From contig OY782759.1 of NCBI GenBank assembly GCA_963678195.1, forward strand, positions 3,353,961 to 3,417,960: a stretch of 64,000 nt of DNA, read 5' to 3'. Source of the stretch: an uncultured Hyphomonas sp. (lineage in GTDB: Bacteria > Pseudomonadota > Alphaproteobacteria > Caulobacterales > Hyphomonadaceae). A program made the translations under genes and the position numbers. The notes beneath the pieces are model-generated. The model was not told where the DNA came from, searched no databases, and worked only from the letters and a program-made list of their open reading frames with translations. Shown here one piece after another: positions 9,413-18,341 of this stretch (its first letter is position 1; every line of letters starts with the position of its first letter).

Positions 9413-9445
9413 GTAGGGTGGGTTGAGGCGGAGCCGATACCCACC
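9413..9445 (+). repeat. GTAG-type REP sequence (right copy)
   Basis: GTAG GGTGGGT TGAGGCGGAGCCGAT ACCCACC; an inverted copy of 8501-8531 differing only in the loop. Confidence 0.85.
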
Positions 9446-9662
9446 GGCTGTGCCGCCATCCTAAACACGACTTTCATGCACGCACATACCCCCGCATGAC
9501 CTGCCATGACTATACCGGACTATAACGGATCATGAGCGGTTTACGGCGGGGCTGGAACGGGACTTCCGGACTTTCTCCACGATTCCACTCTCACGCGTAT
9601 CGCTTTGGCGGCGGGGCGGCGTTGCGGTACACAGATGCCCTCGCCGCCTTTGGGAAACCGCC

Positions 9663-10565
9663 TTGTCCTATTCCTTCCGCTTGTCCGATCATAGCCTGAC
9701 TGACGGGGTGCGCCGTATTGCGCGCAGCCAGATCGAGACGGCGATTGCCGAGATCGACGATGAGACGCTTGGCCCGGTGACGACCGTTCACCAGCTGCGC
9801 AAGCGCTGCAAGAAGGTCCGGGGCCTCGTGCGTCTCGTGCGGCCGGGCTTCAAGGCTTATCGGCAAGAGAATGCCGCCTTCCGGGACCTGTCACGCAGCC
9901 TTGCGGATTTGCGCGATGCCGGCGCCCTGCTGGAAACCGTCGCGGCGCTGGAGGCGCGGTTCGGCGAGGTGATTGGCGGCCCCTTCTTTGCCGATGTGCG
10001 CGAGACACTCGCCGCCGCCAGCCCGCCCGCAGGCGATGAAGACGTGACAGACCGCCTCGCCGGGGCGCGCACCGCGTTCGAGGATGCCCTCACCCGCACG
10101 GAGAGCTGGAAAGTCAAAGGCAAGGCGCCGGAAATTCTGGGTCGCGGCGTGGCGCAGACCTATAAGCGCGCCGTGAAAACGCTGAAACAGGCCGAAGACG
10201 ATGGCACACCGGTGGAGTTCCACGAGTTCCGCAAGCGCGTGAAGTACCATTGGTATCACATGCGCCTCATGAAACATGTCTGGCCGAAAATGATCCATGC
10301 ACGGATCGTCGAGGCACGGCATCTGGCAACGTCTCTGGGCGACCTGCACGATCTTGCCGTCTTCCGGCTGACCGTGTTGCCGTTGATCGAGACCGCAGAC
10401 ACCAAAGTGGGTGAAGTGCTGGGCGGCCTGATCGAGGCGGAAGAGAAACGCCTCGCGCCGGATTGCCTGCACCATGGCCACCGCCTGTTCGCCGAAAAAC
10501 CCCGCCCGTTCGGCGAGAGTATCAGTGCCTACTGGACGACCTGGCAGGAGACGGCGCGCAACTGA
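9663..10565 (+). CDS. CHAD domain protein
   Basis: VHQLRKRCKKVRGLVRL and a second FHEFRKRVKYHWY, plus LGDLHDLAV. TTG start. Confidence 0.9.
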   Translation: MSYSFRLSDHSLTDGVRRIARSQIETAIAEIDDETLGPVTTVHQLRKRCKKVRGLVRLVRPGFKAYRQENAAFRDLSRSLADLRDAGALLETVAALEARFGEVIGGPFFADVRETLAAASPPAGDEDVTDRLAGARTAFEDALTRTESWKVKGKAPEILGRGVAQTYKRAVKTLKQAEDDGTPVEFHEFRKRVKYHWYHMRLMKHVWPKMIHARIVEARHLATSLGDLHDLAVFRLTVLPLIETADTKVGEVLGGLIEAEEKRLAPDCLHHGHRLFAEKPRPFGESISAYWTTWQETARN

Positions 10566-10655
10566 TTTCCACTTGAACCCGGCCGCATCCGGTTCTATCT
10601 CCCCCTTCCCTCGTATTGCCGCGGCTGCTGACCCCGACAATATGAGGAAAAGACC

Positions 10656-11192
10656 ATGTCACACCCCGCAAGCCGGGCCGCACGACGCGTGGAGGCCCGC
10701 AAACATGATGGCGACCGCAAGGTCGAGCCGACCCATCGCGGCTTCGAACAGAAAAGCTGGAAACTGATCTACCGGCGAGCGAACAAGCTTGGCCGCGCGC
10801 GCCAGATCGGCAAGATATGGCCGCACCGGGAATGGGAGAAACTGATGGCCGATGCAGAACCGGTAAAGGTCCTGTTCGTCTGCAGCCACAACAAATGGCG
10901 CAGTCCGACGGGCGAAGCCATGTTCTCCCGCGCCCCCGGCGTGGCCACCCGCTCGGCCGGCACCGCGCACAATGCCCGCCACAGGATCACCGTGGCGGAC
11001 ATCCGCTGGGCCGACATGATCCTCGTCATGGAGGACAAGCACGAACAGCGCCTGCGCGCCGATTTCCGCCAGGAAGTCGCCTACAAGCCCGTGCACATGC
11101 TGGATATTCCGGACGACTACCAGTTCATGGAAGACGAACTGATCGAGCTGCTGCGCGTGAAGTGCGAACCGCTGATCTTCGGGGATGCGTAA
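10656..11192 (+). CDS. low-molecular-weight protein-tyrosine-phosphatase family protein with a basic N-terminal extension
   Basis: VLFVCSHNKWRS (CX5R), SAGT, WADMILVME, LDIPDDY. Confidence 0.85.
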   Translation: MSHPASRAARRVEARKHDGDRKVEPTHRGFEQKSWKLIYRRANKLGRARQIGKIWPHREWEKLMADAEPVKVLFVCSHNKWRSPTGEAMFSRAPGVATRSAGTAHNARHRITVADIRWADMILVMEDKHEQRLRADFRQEVAYKPVHMLDIPDDYQFMEDELIELLRVKCEPLIFGDA

Positions 11193-11235
11193 ACACGGCT
11201 GGCCACGGGCGGCCCTTGGCCCTATATACCGCGCC

Positions 11236-11608
11236 AGACCAGACGGCCGGGCAGCCGCTGGCATGCTGGTAACGGCATGCTGGAGGAAAGTCCGGGCTCC
11301 AGGGATACAGGGCGACGGCTAACGGCCGCCCGGCGCAAGCCGAGGGAAAGTGCCACAGAAAGCAAACCGCCTCCCCCCGGGGAGGTAAGGGTGAAAGGGT
11401 GGGGTAAGAGCCCACCGCGGGCCTGGCGACAGGACCGGCACGGTAAACCCCGCCCGGAGCAAGACCGAATAGGGGGCGCGCATGGGCTGTATCCCGCCTG
11501 CGCCCCGGGTGTGTCGCGTGAGGTGCCTGGCAACAGGCATCCCAGAGGAATGGCTGCCAGACCTGAGCAATCAGGCGAACAGAACCCGGCTTACAGGCCG
11601 TCTGGTCT
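11236..11608 (+). ncRNA. rnpB: RNase P RNA (bacterial type A)
   Basis: GAGGAAAGTCCGGGCTCC, GAAAGTGCCACAGAAA and AGAACCCGGCTTACAG conserved blocks; terminal P1 helix AGACCAGACGGCC/GGCCGTCTGGTCT. Confidence 0.98.
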
Positions 11609-11691
11609 TTTCTTCCGGTCGCGCAAGGCGCGGCAATTCGATCAAGGATCGAATGGAGGAAGAAAAGGCCTGCCACGCAAGCAAAGGCAAA

Positions 11692-12852
11692 TCAGTCTCC
11701 GGCGCCCTTGGTCAGGCTGGGCGGATAGTAGCGGTCCCTGCCATAGGTGCTCATCTCGTCCGACAGGGGAAACTGGTTCGGAGCAGTGATAACCAGTTCA
11801 TAGTTATAATCGTAGGCTTTCTCCAAAGCCTGGCGCGCGACAATGGCTTCAGTGGCCTCCTGGGGAAACACGAAGCAGAAATCTGCCGGGCATTCTGCAT
11901 CTTCCAGCAGGGTTGCATCAAAGCGCAGCGTGCCGGCCCGCCAGTCATTCCGGTCCCAGTCCCACTCCCGCTCATCCTGAACCAGCAATTGCGCCCCCAG
12001 CGTCTTCGGGCCCCAATCGGAGGCATCCTTGCTGATCAGGATCACAAGCCGCCCATCATCCATGACGCCTTCGGCTTCGTTGATTTCGATGGCCAACCAG
12101 TCAGCATCCCTGATTTTCGGATTGAAGCGATGGCCCAGCCGGGCAGGAAACGCCGTGCCGCTGCCATCGGTCCTGACCGCCCGGTAATAGCCGTGCGCCT
12201 CGGGATCGCTCTGATAGGCGAAGCCCTTCTCGCCAAGCCGCATCTGCCACAGGCCGTCATTGATGGGATTTTTCATGGCTTCCCAGGCAACATTTGCGTC
12301 ATATCCCTCGGCCTGAAGCTCGGCGATCAGTTGCTGGCCGACGGCTTCATAGTTCTGGCCGTAGAGGGACTGCACGAAGGTCAGCAACTGGTCGCCCGCC
12401 CGTTTCCGCCCAGACCTGTCCATCTGCCGCTGCTGCGACTGTTGCGCAGCGATCAGCGCCTTCAGGTAGTTGCGGATATACCCCCCGCGCACAGCCCTGA
12501 TATCTGCATCCCCGGCATCGCAGGGCCTGTCTGCCACAGCCAGCCTTGCTGTTTCCCGCCGCTGCTCCACCATGTTCACCATCTTTTCGAGTTCGATCTC
12601 GAAATAGGACTGGCCAGCTGCCGCTGAGACCGCCTTTCCCTCCTTGGTCAGATCCTTGGCATTGTTGATACCGCGGTCGATTTCCCTGATCTCGAAATAG
12701 TTCAGCATGTGGCATCGCTGCTCCAACTGCTCAGCCCGCAGCCAGGTATCCAGCACGCCATAGCTGTCGAGCGGTTCCTCCCGCGCGGCGGCCGGTGATG
12801 GCGCCAAAAGGCAAAGGACGAGAACACTCAGACAAGATACGATCAAACGCAT
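11692..12852 (-). CDS. secreted hypothetical protein, paralog 1
   Basis: Signal peptide ending AAA|REEP; GGAG before ATG 12852; colinear with 13013..14158. Confidence 0.85.
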   Translation of the reverse strand: MRLIVSCLSVLVLCLLAPSPAAAREEPLDSYGVLDTWLRAEQLEQRCHMLNYFEIREIDRGINNAKDLTKEGKAVSAAAGQSYFEIELEKMVNMVEQRRETARLAVADRPCDAGDADIRAVRGGYIRNYLKALIAAQQSQQRQMDRSGRKRAGDQLLTFVQSLYGQNYEAVGQQLIAELQAEGYDANVAWEAMKNPINDGLWQMRLGEKGFAYQSDPEAHGYYRAVRTDGSGTAFPARLGHRFNPKIRDADWLAIEINEAEGVMDDGRLVILISKDASDWGPKTLGAQLLVQDEREWDWDRNDWRAGTLRFDATLLEDAECPADFCFVFPQEATEAIVARQALEKAYDYNYELVITAPNQFPLSDEMSTYGRDRYYPPSLTKGAGD

Positions 12853-13012
12853 GTAGCGGCTCCATATTCCGCGGCAGGCGAGCCTAACCACATTCCCGGG
12901 GGACACAATATCCGTTTATCCCGCACCTGATTCCGCGTCGCGGCCGTATTTGATCGAGGATTCAATACAGGAAAAGAAGGGGTTTTCAGACTGCTGCTGC
13001 AAGCCACGCCGA

Positions 13013-14158
13013 TTAGTTCAGATCCATCGGATGGAACCTTCTCCGCGTACTCGACTCTTTTGTCTCCGGCAGCGGAAACTGTTCCGGCTCGGCAATCACC
13101 AATTCGAATTTGTAATCAGCCGCATTGCCCGTGCCCTGACGTTCACGGACGGCATCGGAGGCTTCCTGCGGGAAGGTAAAACAGAAATCAGCCGGACAGT
13201 CCGGCCCCGTCTCGACGTCGGCCATGAAGCTCAGCGACCTGCTGCGCCAATCCGGCCTGGACCATGCTTGGACGTCCGCATCCTTCTGCACGAACAATTG
13301 CGCCTGCAGCGCTTGTTTTCCGGCCTCAGCCGTATCCATGCTGACAAGTGTCACCAGCCGTCCGTCATCCGCAATGCCGTCGACTCGGTTGACGCTGACG
13401 GGCCAGCCTTCCGAATTCATGAAGCTTGGATCATCGCGTTCGGACAGTTTTGCCGGGAAGCGCGCGCCACTGCTATCCAGTTTCACGGCCTCATACGTCG
13501 CGTTCCCATTCGGCAGGGGATGAAAGCCATACCCCTTTTCACCCAGTCTGAGCTGCCACTGCAGATCATTGACGGTGTCATCCAGTCCGTCCCACGCCTT
13601 ATCGGCATCAAATCCTTCGGCCTGGAGTTCTGCGTTCACTTCCTGAACCAGGGGGTCAAACTTTGCGCCATACATCCCCTTGGAAAAACTAAAAAGGCTT
13701 TGTGCGGCGTATTTGCGCCCCGCTGTATCCTTCTGCAAATCCGGAGAGCTCTGAGATGCGAGCAGCGATTTTACGTACTCGCGGATGTAAAATATCCGTA
13801 GCACTTTTACGTCGTCACCCTGGCTGCACGCCTGGTTTGCCACGGCCTCCCTGGCTGTCGCCCGATGGGCTTTGACCATGTCGTCCCTCTTCGCGACAAC
13901 CTCGTCGCGAAACGCTGTCCCGGCCATGACCTTCACGTCATTGCCTTCCGGGGTTACTGACGCAGAAGCACTAATCCCGCGCTTGACCCGCTGCACTTCG
14001 AAATAGTTCAGCACACGGCAGCGTTCATTGAACTGTTCGGCGCGCAGCCAGGTATCCAGTACGGCATAGGATTCCAACGGTTCCTCACGCGCCAGGGAGG
14101 GCTGGGCCAGCGCCGTCCAGAAGAACAGACCGCCGAGAAGCGAAAGCGCAAGACGCAT
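13013..14158 (-). CDS. secreted hypothetical protein, paralog 2
   Basis: Signal peptide ending SLA|REEP; GGAG before ATG 14158; shares many blocks with paralog 1. Confidence 0.85.
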   Translation of the reverse strand: MRLALSLLGGLFFWTALAQPSLAREEPLESYAVLDTWLRAEQFNERCRVLNYFEVQRVKRGISASASVTPEGNDVKVMAGTAFRDEVVAKRDDMVKAHRATAREAVANQACSQGDDVKVLRIFYIREYVKSLLASQSSPDLQKDTAGRKYAAQSLFSFSKGMYGAKFDPLVQEVNAELQAEGFDADKAWDGLDDTVNDLQWQLRLGEKGYGFHPLPNGNATYEAVKLDSSGARFPAKLSERDDPSFMNSEGWPVSVNRVDGIADDGRLVTLVSMDTAEAGKQALQAQLFVQKDADVQAWSRPDWRSRSLSFMADVETGPDCPADFCFTFPQEASDAVRERQGTGNAADYKFELVIAEPEQFPLPETKESSTRRRFHPMDLN

Positions 14159-14276
14159 GAGGATGACTCCGATTGTTGTGCCCGGCACCTTATTCCTATT
14201 CGTACGGGACTCAATGCGCTACTTATCCTTGCATTGTCAGGCCGCAACCTGTCGCCACCATTGAACCGGCCGCAAA

Positions 14277-14328
14277 CCCGTTCGCGGGAAAGGTGGGGCC
14301 CGCGTCCAAAGGGCGTGGGCGGTGAGGG
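14277..14328 (-). repeat. single half-element of the CCCTC...GAGGG palindromic family
   Basis: Minus strand CCCTCACCGCCCAC...GGGCCCCACCTTTCCCGCG aligns with the left half of 52657-52761. Confidence 0.7.
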
Positions 14329-14346
14329 CCAGGAAAAGGTGCTGGC

Positions 14347-14748
14347 CTATGTCTTCCGACGCCGCATGAATTTCAGGCCGGACCAGTCTGAATCCACGGC
14401 GCAGACTTTCACATCGACCCAGCCGGTGGGCAGGATGACCTCCCGCAGCATGTCTTCGGTCAGGTCCCGGAACAGGGCAGAGCTTTTCTTCGGCCACGAC
14501 ACCCACAGCATGCCGCCGGGCGAGACCTGCGCCAGCGCCGGGGCAATTCCCGCCTCCAGATCTGCACGGACCGGACAGAACAGGTGGACGAGGTCCACCG
14601 GCCCTTTTTCAACAAAATCAATCCCTTGCGCCCCATCGACCAGTGCCTGATACGGCCCCGGCGGATTAAGGGGCAGGCAGGACATGCCGGGCTTCAGGCC
14701 CAGTTTCTGCCAGAGCGGCTTGCCGGAATAGCCCGCAGGTTTTGCCAT
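14347..14748 (-). CDS. DUF3052 family protein
   Basis: GYSGKPLWQKLGLK, LWVSWPKKSS, GWVDVKVCAVDSDWSGLKF. Confidence 0.85.
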   Translation of the reverse strand: MAKPAGYSGKPLWQKLGLKPGMSCLPLNPPGPYQALVDGAQGIDFVEKGPVDLVHLFCPVRADLEAGIAPALAQVSPGGMLWVSWPKKSSALFRDLTEDMLREVILPTGWVDVKVCAVDSDWSGLKFMRRRKT

Positions 14749-14852
14749 CTCCCGTCCCCTTTCGATACAGCTCCGACGTCATTCTGGCACATGCTGTGCA
14801 CAAGATCCGGCAGAAATTGCGTTGGACCCGGTCAAAGGAGACGGAATCCATC

Positions 14853-15566
14853 ATGCTGAAACGTATATTGCTGAGCGCCCTGCTGCTGGCCATGCCGTCC
14901 TGTGCCAATCGCGAAATCCCCAAGGGTCCGCTGCCGGATCTGCCGGGCAAAGTCCTGATCGTGGGCGATTCCATCTCGCTCGGCCTCGGTGCCATGGGGC
15001 CGGACAAAGCCTGCCCGCTGACACCGGAATATACGTCCGAGCGCCACTCCTATGGGGTCCAGGTCGCCGATGCGCTGGGCGTCGACTATGAGATGTTCGC
15101 CTGGGCGGGCATTGGCCTGGTGCACAATTACGGGGACAACCAGACCAATACGATGTCGATGCGCCTGACGCGGGCCAGAGAACTGGAACGCCTCGATGCA
15201 ACCGGCCCGGTGCAACTCGTGCTGGTCAACATCGGCACCCACGACTTCTTCCACAACGATCCGACGGACCGGTTCGTCCCGGCCATGGAAGACCTGCTGG
15301 CCCTGATGACCATGCGCTATCCGGATGCCACCATCTATGCCCTGACCGGCCCCATGCTGGGGGGCACGGACAAAGCCCTCCATGGCCAGGCCGTGGAAAC
15401 GGCGGTGAATTCCGTGAACAAGGACTATGACGCACACATCCGCTATCTCGCCCTGAATGGCGGCGACCCATCCATTGCCTATGGCTGCCAGTGGCATCCG
15501 TCCGTACCGGCACATGACCATATGGCGGAAATGATCCTGGACGATCTGCGCAGCCAGAACCGATAG
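14853..15566 (+). CDS. SGNH/GDSL hydrolase, probable lipoprotein
   Basis: IVGDSISLG block I, AWAGIG block II, VNIGTHD block III, CQWHPS block V; N-terminal LAMPSC. Confidence 0.85.
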   Translation: MLKRILLSALLLAMPSCANREIPKGPLPDLPGKVLIVGDSISLGLGAMGPDKACPLTPEYTSERHSYGVQVADALGVDYEMFAWAGIGLVHNYGDNQTNTMSMRLTRARELERLDATGPVQLVLVNIGTHDFFHNDPTDRFVPAMEDLLALMTMRYPDATIYALTGPMLGGTDKALHGQAVETAVNSVNKDYDAHIRYLALNGGDPSIAYGCQWHPSVPAHDHMAEMILDDLRSQNR

Positions 15567-15949
15567 TCCGGCAGCTGGCAAACTTACGTACCGCTCGTGC
15601 TCTCCACACCTGGAGATTCAAACACACGGTGTGTGCCGCTCATCGGAAACTGTGCTAGAATCACTCTAAAGAAGGCGGCTGGACGGCGCTTCCACCGGGG
15701 GTGATCCCGATCCGGTAGACGATTTTTATGCACGCAAAAATGGTAATTCTGAGCAGACTTTTCGGAGAACGAAGGCGTACGAAATCAAGGCAAATCAGCA
15801 CAATGTTTCAGTCTTCACGTGTCTTCACGCTGCGCGGCTGAGCGAACCGCGTTGACACTTGCAACCGCAATACACTAGTCGCAGCTACTGAATTCGGATA
15901 TTCACTCTGATAGAAGCCGTTTTAACGGTAAAGAGAGGCAGGCCCCTTC

Positions 15950-16573
15950 ATGGCCCGAACACCTGGCGCCCGGAACTACAACTTTGACGCGAAGCGCGGC
16001 GCATTGCTCGAAAGCGTCATCGACTTTGCCCTGTCCGGAGACATCGAACGCCCCTCCCTGCGCCAACTCGCAATGGCTGCCGACACGTCAGAGCCGACGC
16101 TGCGCCACTATTTTACCGACCGCAAAGGCCTGGTCATCGCCATGATGGCGGAACTGGGTGAGCGCGCCCAGCCCATCTGGACGCAATTGTCCGAGCCCGC
16201 CGCAAGCGTGGATGAAGCAGTCAGCGCCTGTTTCCGGCATGCCCAGACCCGGATGAATGATGACCTGTTCGTCCGCATGCACGCCTTCGGCATGGTCGAA
16301 GGCATGGCTGACCGGGATGTCGGGCAAGCCTATCTGGAACATGTGCTGGAGCCGTCGCTCGATTGCGTCTGCATCAAACTCTCCGGCACGCCGGGTTCGC
16401 CCGAAGAGCCGAACGAGCTGCGTACAGCTGCCATCGCCATGTTTTCCCCGGTGATCATGATGAGCCTGCACCAGCATTTGCTGGGCGGGCGCGCCGTGGC
16501 ACCACTGGATGATCAGTCATCCGTCCAGCATCTCAGCAACTGGCTGAGCGGGGCCTTCGCCGAAAGCGCCTAG
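15950..16573 (+). CDS. TetR/AcrR family transcriptional regulator
   Basis: N-terminal HTH SLRQLAMAADTSEPTLRHYFTDRKGL. Confidence 0.85.
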   Translation: MARTPGARNYNFDAKRGALLESVIDFALSGDIERPSLRQLAMAADTSEPTLRHYFTDRKGLVIAMMAELGERAQPIWTQLSEPAASVDEAVSACFRHAQTRMNDDLFVRMHAFGMVEGMADRDVGQAYLEHVLEPSLDCVCIKLSGTPGSPEEPNELRTAAIAMFSPVIMMSLHQHLLGGRAVAPLDDQSSVQHLSNWLSGAFAESA

Positions 16574-17592
16574 GGCTTCAGCGCCTCGGCGAGCGCCGCG
16601 ATGTCTGCCTCGGCCGTATTCCACGAACAGACGAACCGGTAGGCTCCGCCCGGCCAGGGATAGAATTTTGCGCCAGCCGCCATCAGCCGCTGCGCCACCT
16701 CGTCCGGCAGGATCGGGAAGACTTCATTCCCGTCGACCGGATAGGCCAGTTCATAGCCAGCGCCGATGAACACATCTGTCAGAGCCGAGGCGCGCGCGTT
16801 CGCCTGACCTGCCAGCGTCAGCCACAGCCCATCCTCCAGCATGGCGTGTGCCTGCGCCGCCACGAACCGCATCTTTGGCGGCATATGGCCGGACCGTTTG
16901 GCCCGGGCCCGCAGCTCGGGAAATTTCTTCCGGGCACCGCCGAACAGGAGAATGATCTCGCACCCGATGGCGCCGGTCTTGGTCAGGCCGAAAGTCAGCA
17001 CGTCGACACCGGCTCGCCAGGTCATGTCCGCCGCCGAAGCCTTGCCGGACACCAGCACATTGCCAAGCCGCGCGCCGTCGAGATGGACGCTGAGCCCCTT
17101 CTCTTTCGCTAGCCCTGCATAGAGCGCGATCTCTGCGGCGCGATAGGCCGTGCCGCATTCCGTCAGATTGGTGAGGGACAGCACTTCTGCCGGGGTACCA
17201 TGAACGAAGCCGGGATTGATCTGGCCAAGCGCCGTCTCCAGCGCCGCCCGGTCGATCCGTGCGCCGAACCCCGTCAGCAGCTGCAGCTTGCCGCCGCCGG
17301 AAAAGAATTCCGGCGCGCCGCGTTCGTCCATGGCGATGTGGGCCTCTTCATGGCAGAGGACCGCGCCGATTGGCGAGCAGAAGCAGGACAGCGCCAGCGC
17401 GTTGGAGGCCGTGCCCGACGCGGTCAGCCAGTAATCGAAATCTTCCGTTTCGAACACGGCGGCGAGCTTCGCCCGCAGGCCGGCCGTGACGCTGTCGCCG
17501 CCATAACTGGGTTCCATGCCGGAATTGGCCCCGGTCAGCGCCTCGATCACGGCGGGGTGCGCCGGCGCCGACGTGTCGGAGGAGAAGTTCAT
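16570..17592 (-). CDS. low-specificity threonine aldolase family (beta-eliminating lyase)
   Basis: MNFSSDT, HLDGARLGN, LTFGLTKTG (PLP-binding Lys); start at 17592. Confidence 0.9.
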   Translation of the reverse strand: MNFSSDTSAPAHPAVIEALTGANSGMEPSYGGDSVTAGLRAKLAAVFETEDFDYWLTASGTASNALALSCFCSPIGAVLCHEEAHIAMDERGAPEFFSGGGKLQLLTGFGARIDRAALETALGQINPGFVHGTPAEVLSLTNLTECGTAYRAAEIALYAGLAKEKGLSVHLDGARLGNVLVSGKASAADMTWRAGVDVLTFGLTKTGAIGCEIILLFGGARKKFPELRARAKRSGHMPPKMRFVAAQAHAMLEDGLWLTLAGQANARASALTDVFIGAGYELAYPVDGNEVFPILPDEVAQRLMAAGAKFYPWPGGAYRFVCSWNTAEADIAALAEALKP

Positions 17593-18341
17593 ATATTCAT
17601 GTCCGGAGTTTGCCACATCAGGTGCTGGCCGCCATCGCTGGCGATCATCTGGCCGGTCACGCTGCCCGCCGCGATCAGGTAGCGCATGGCCCGCACGATC
17701 TCTTCCGGGGATGAGCCCTCCCCTGTCAGGGTCGCAGCCTTTTCCGCAGCGAACTCCTCCGGCGTCTGATGAACGCTGGCCAGCGTCGGCCCGGGGCCGA
17801 TCCCGTTGACGCGGACATTCGGCGCCAGTGCCTGAGCGAGGGTCTGCGTCGCCTGCCACAGCGCCGCCTTTGACAAAGTATAGGTGAAGAAGACCGGGTT
17901 CAGCTTCCAGACGCGCTGGTCGATCATGTTGATCACCAGCCCGCGCTCACCATCTGGCAGATCTGAGGCCATCAGCTGCGCCAGATGGACCGGCGCGCGC
18001 AGGTTCGGTTCCATATGCGCGTCCCAGTCCTCCCGGGAATGGGTCAGCGCGGTGTCGTCATGGAAAGTGGAGGCTGAATTGACCAGCAGGCTGACGGGGC
18101 TGCGGAACAGGTCCGCCACGCCGGGAATAAGGCCGCTGCGGGCGGTCTCGTCTGCCAGATCGGCCTCGATGGACTCTGCGGTGCCGCCAGCCTTCCGGAT
18201 CAGGTCGCACGTCTCGTCTGCGCCCTCCGGCGAGCTGTGATAGTGGACGGCAACCTTCCAGCCGTCCTCTCCCAGTGCGACCGCCATCGCGCGGCCGAGA
18301 CGGGCCCCGGCGCCGGTGACGAGTGCGATACCGGGCGTCAT
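17589..18341 (-). CDS. SDR oxidoreductase (pteridine reductase/FolM-like)
   Basis: ALVTGAGARLG, LVNSAS, NMIDQRV, YTLSK. Confidence 0.9.
   Translation of the reverse strand: MTPGIALVTGAGARLGRAMAVALGEDGWKVAVHYHSSPEGADETCDLIRKAGGTAESIEADLADETARSGLIPGVADLFRSPVSLLVNSASTFHDDTALTHSREDWDAHMEPNLRAPVHLAQLMASDLPDGERGLVINMIDQRVWKLNPVFFTYTLSKAALWQATQTLAQALAPNVRVNGIGPGPTLASVHQTPEEFAAEKAATLTGEGSSPEEIVRAMRYLIAAGSVTGQMIASDGGQHLMWQTPDMNI

Noticed and set aside
8472-9416. Antisense ORFs 8472..8810 and 8811..9416 spanning the cassette
   Set aside because: They are in exact codon register with the minus-strand gene (shadow frame), have no RBS and an unprotein-like composition.
9446-9662. Short direct repeats (GACTATACCG/GACTATAACG, GGACTT) and ORF 9591..9866
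   Set aside because: Repeats are too short and irregular for CRISPR or iterons; the ORF is mostly antisense to the CHAD gene.
11125-12627. ORFs overlapping rnpB (11125..11676, 11277..11789, 11482..12627)
   Set aside because: They overlap the RNase P RNA or are antisense to paralog 1; no coding signature.
15805-15830. TTCACGTG resembling parS
   Set aside because: Does not match GTTTCACGTGAAAC on the right arm.
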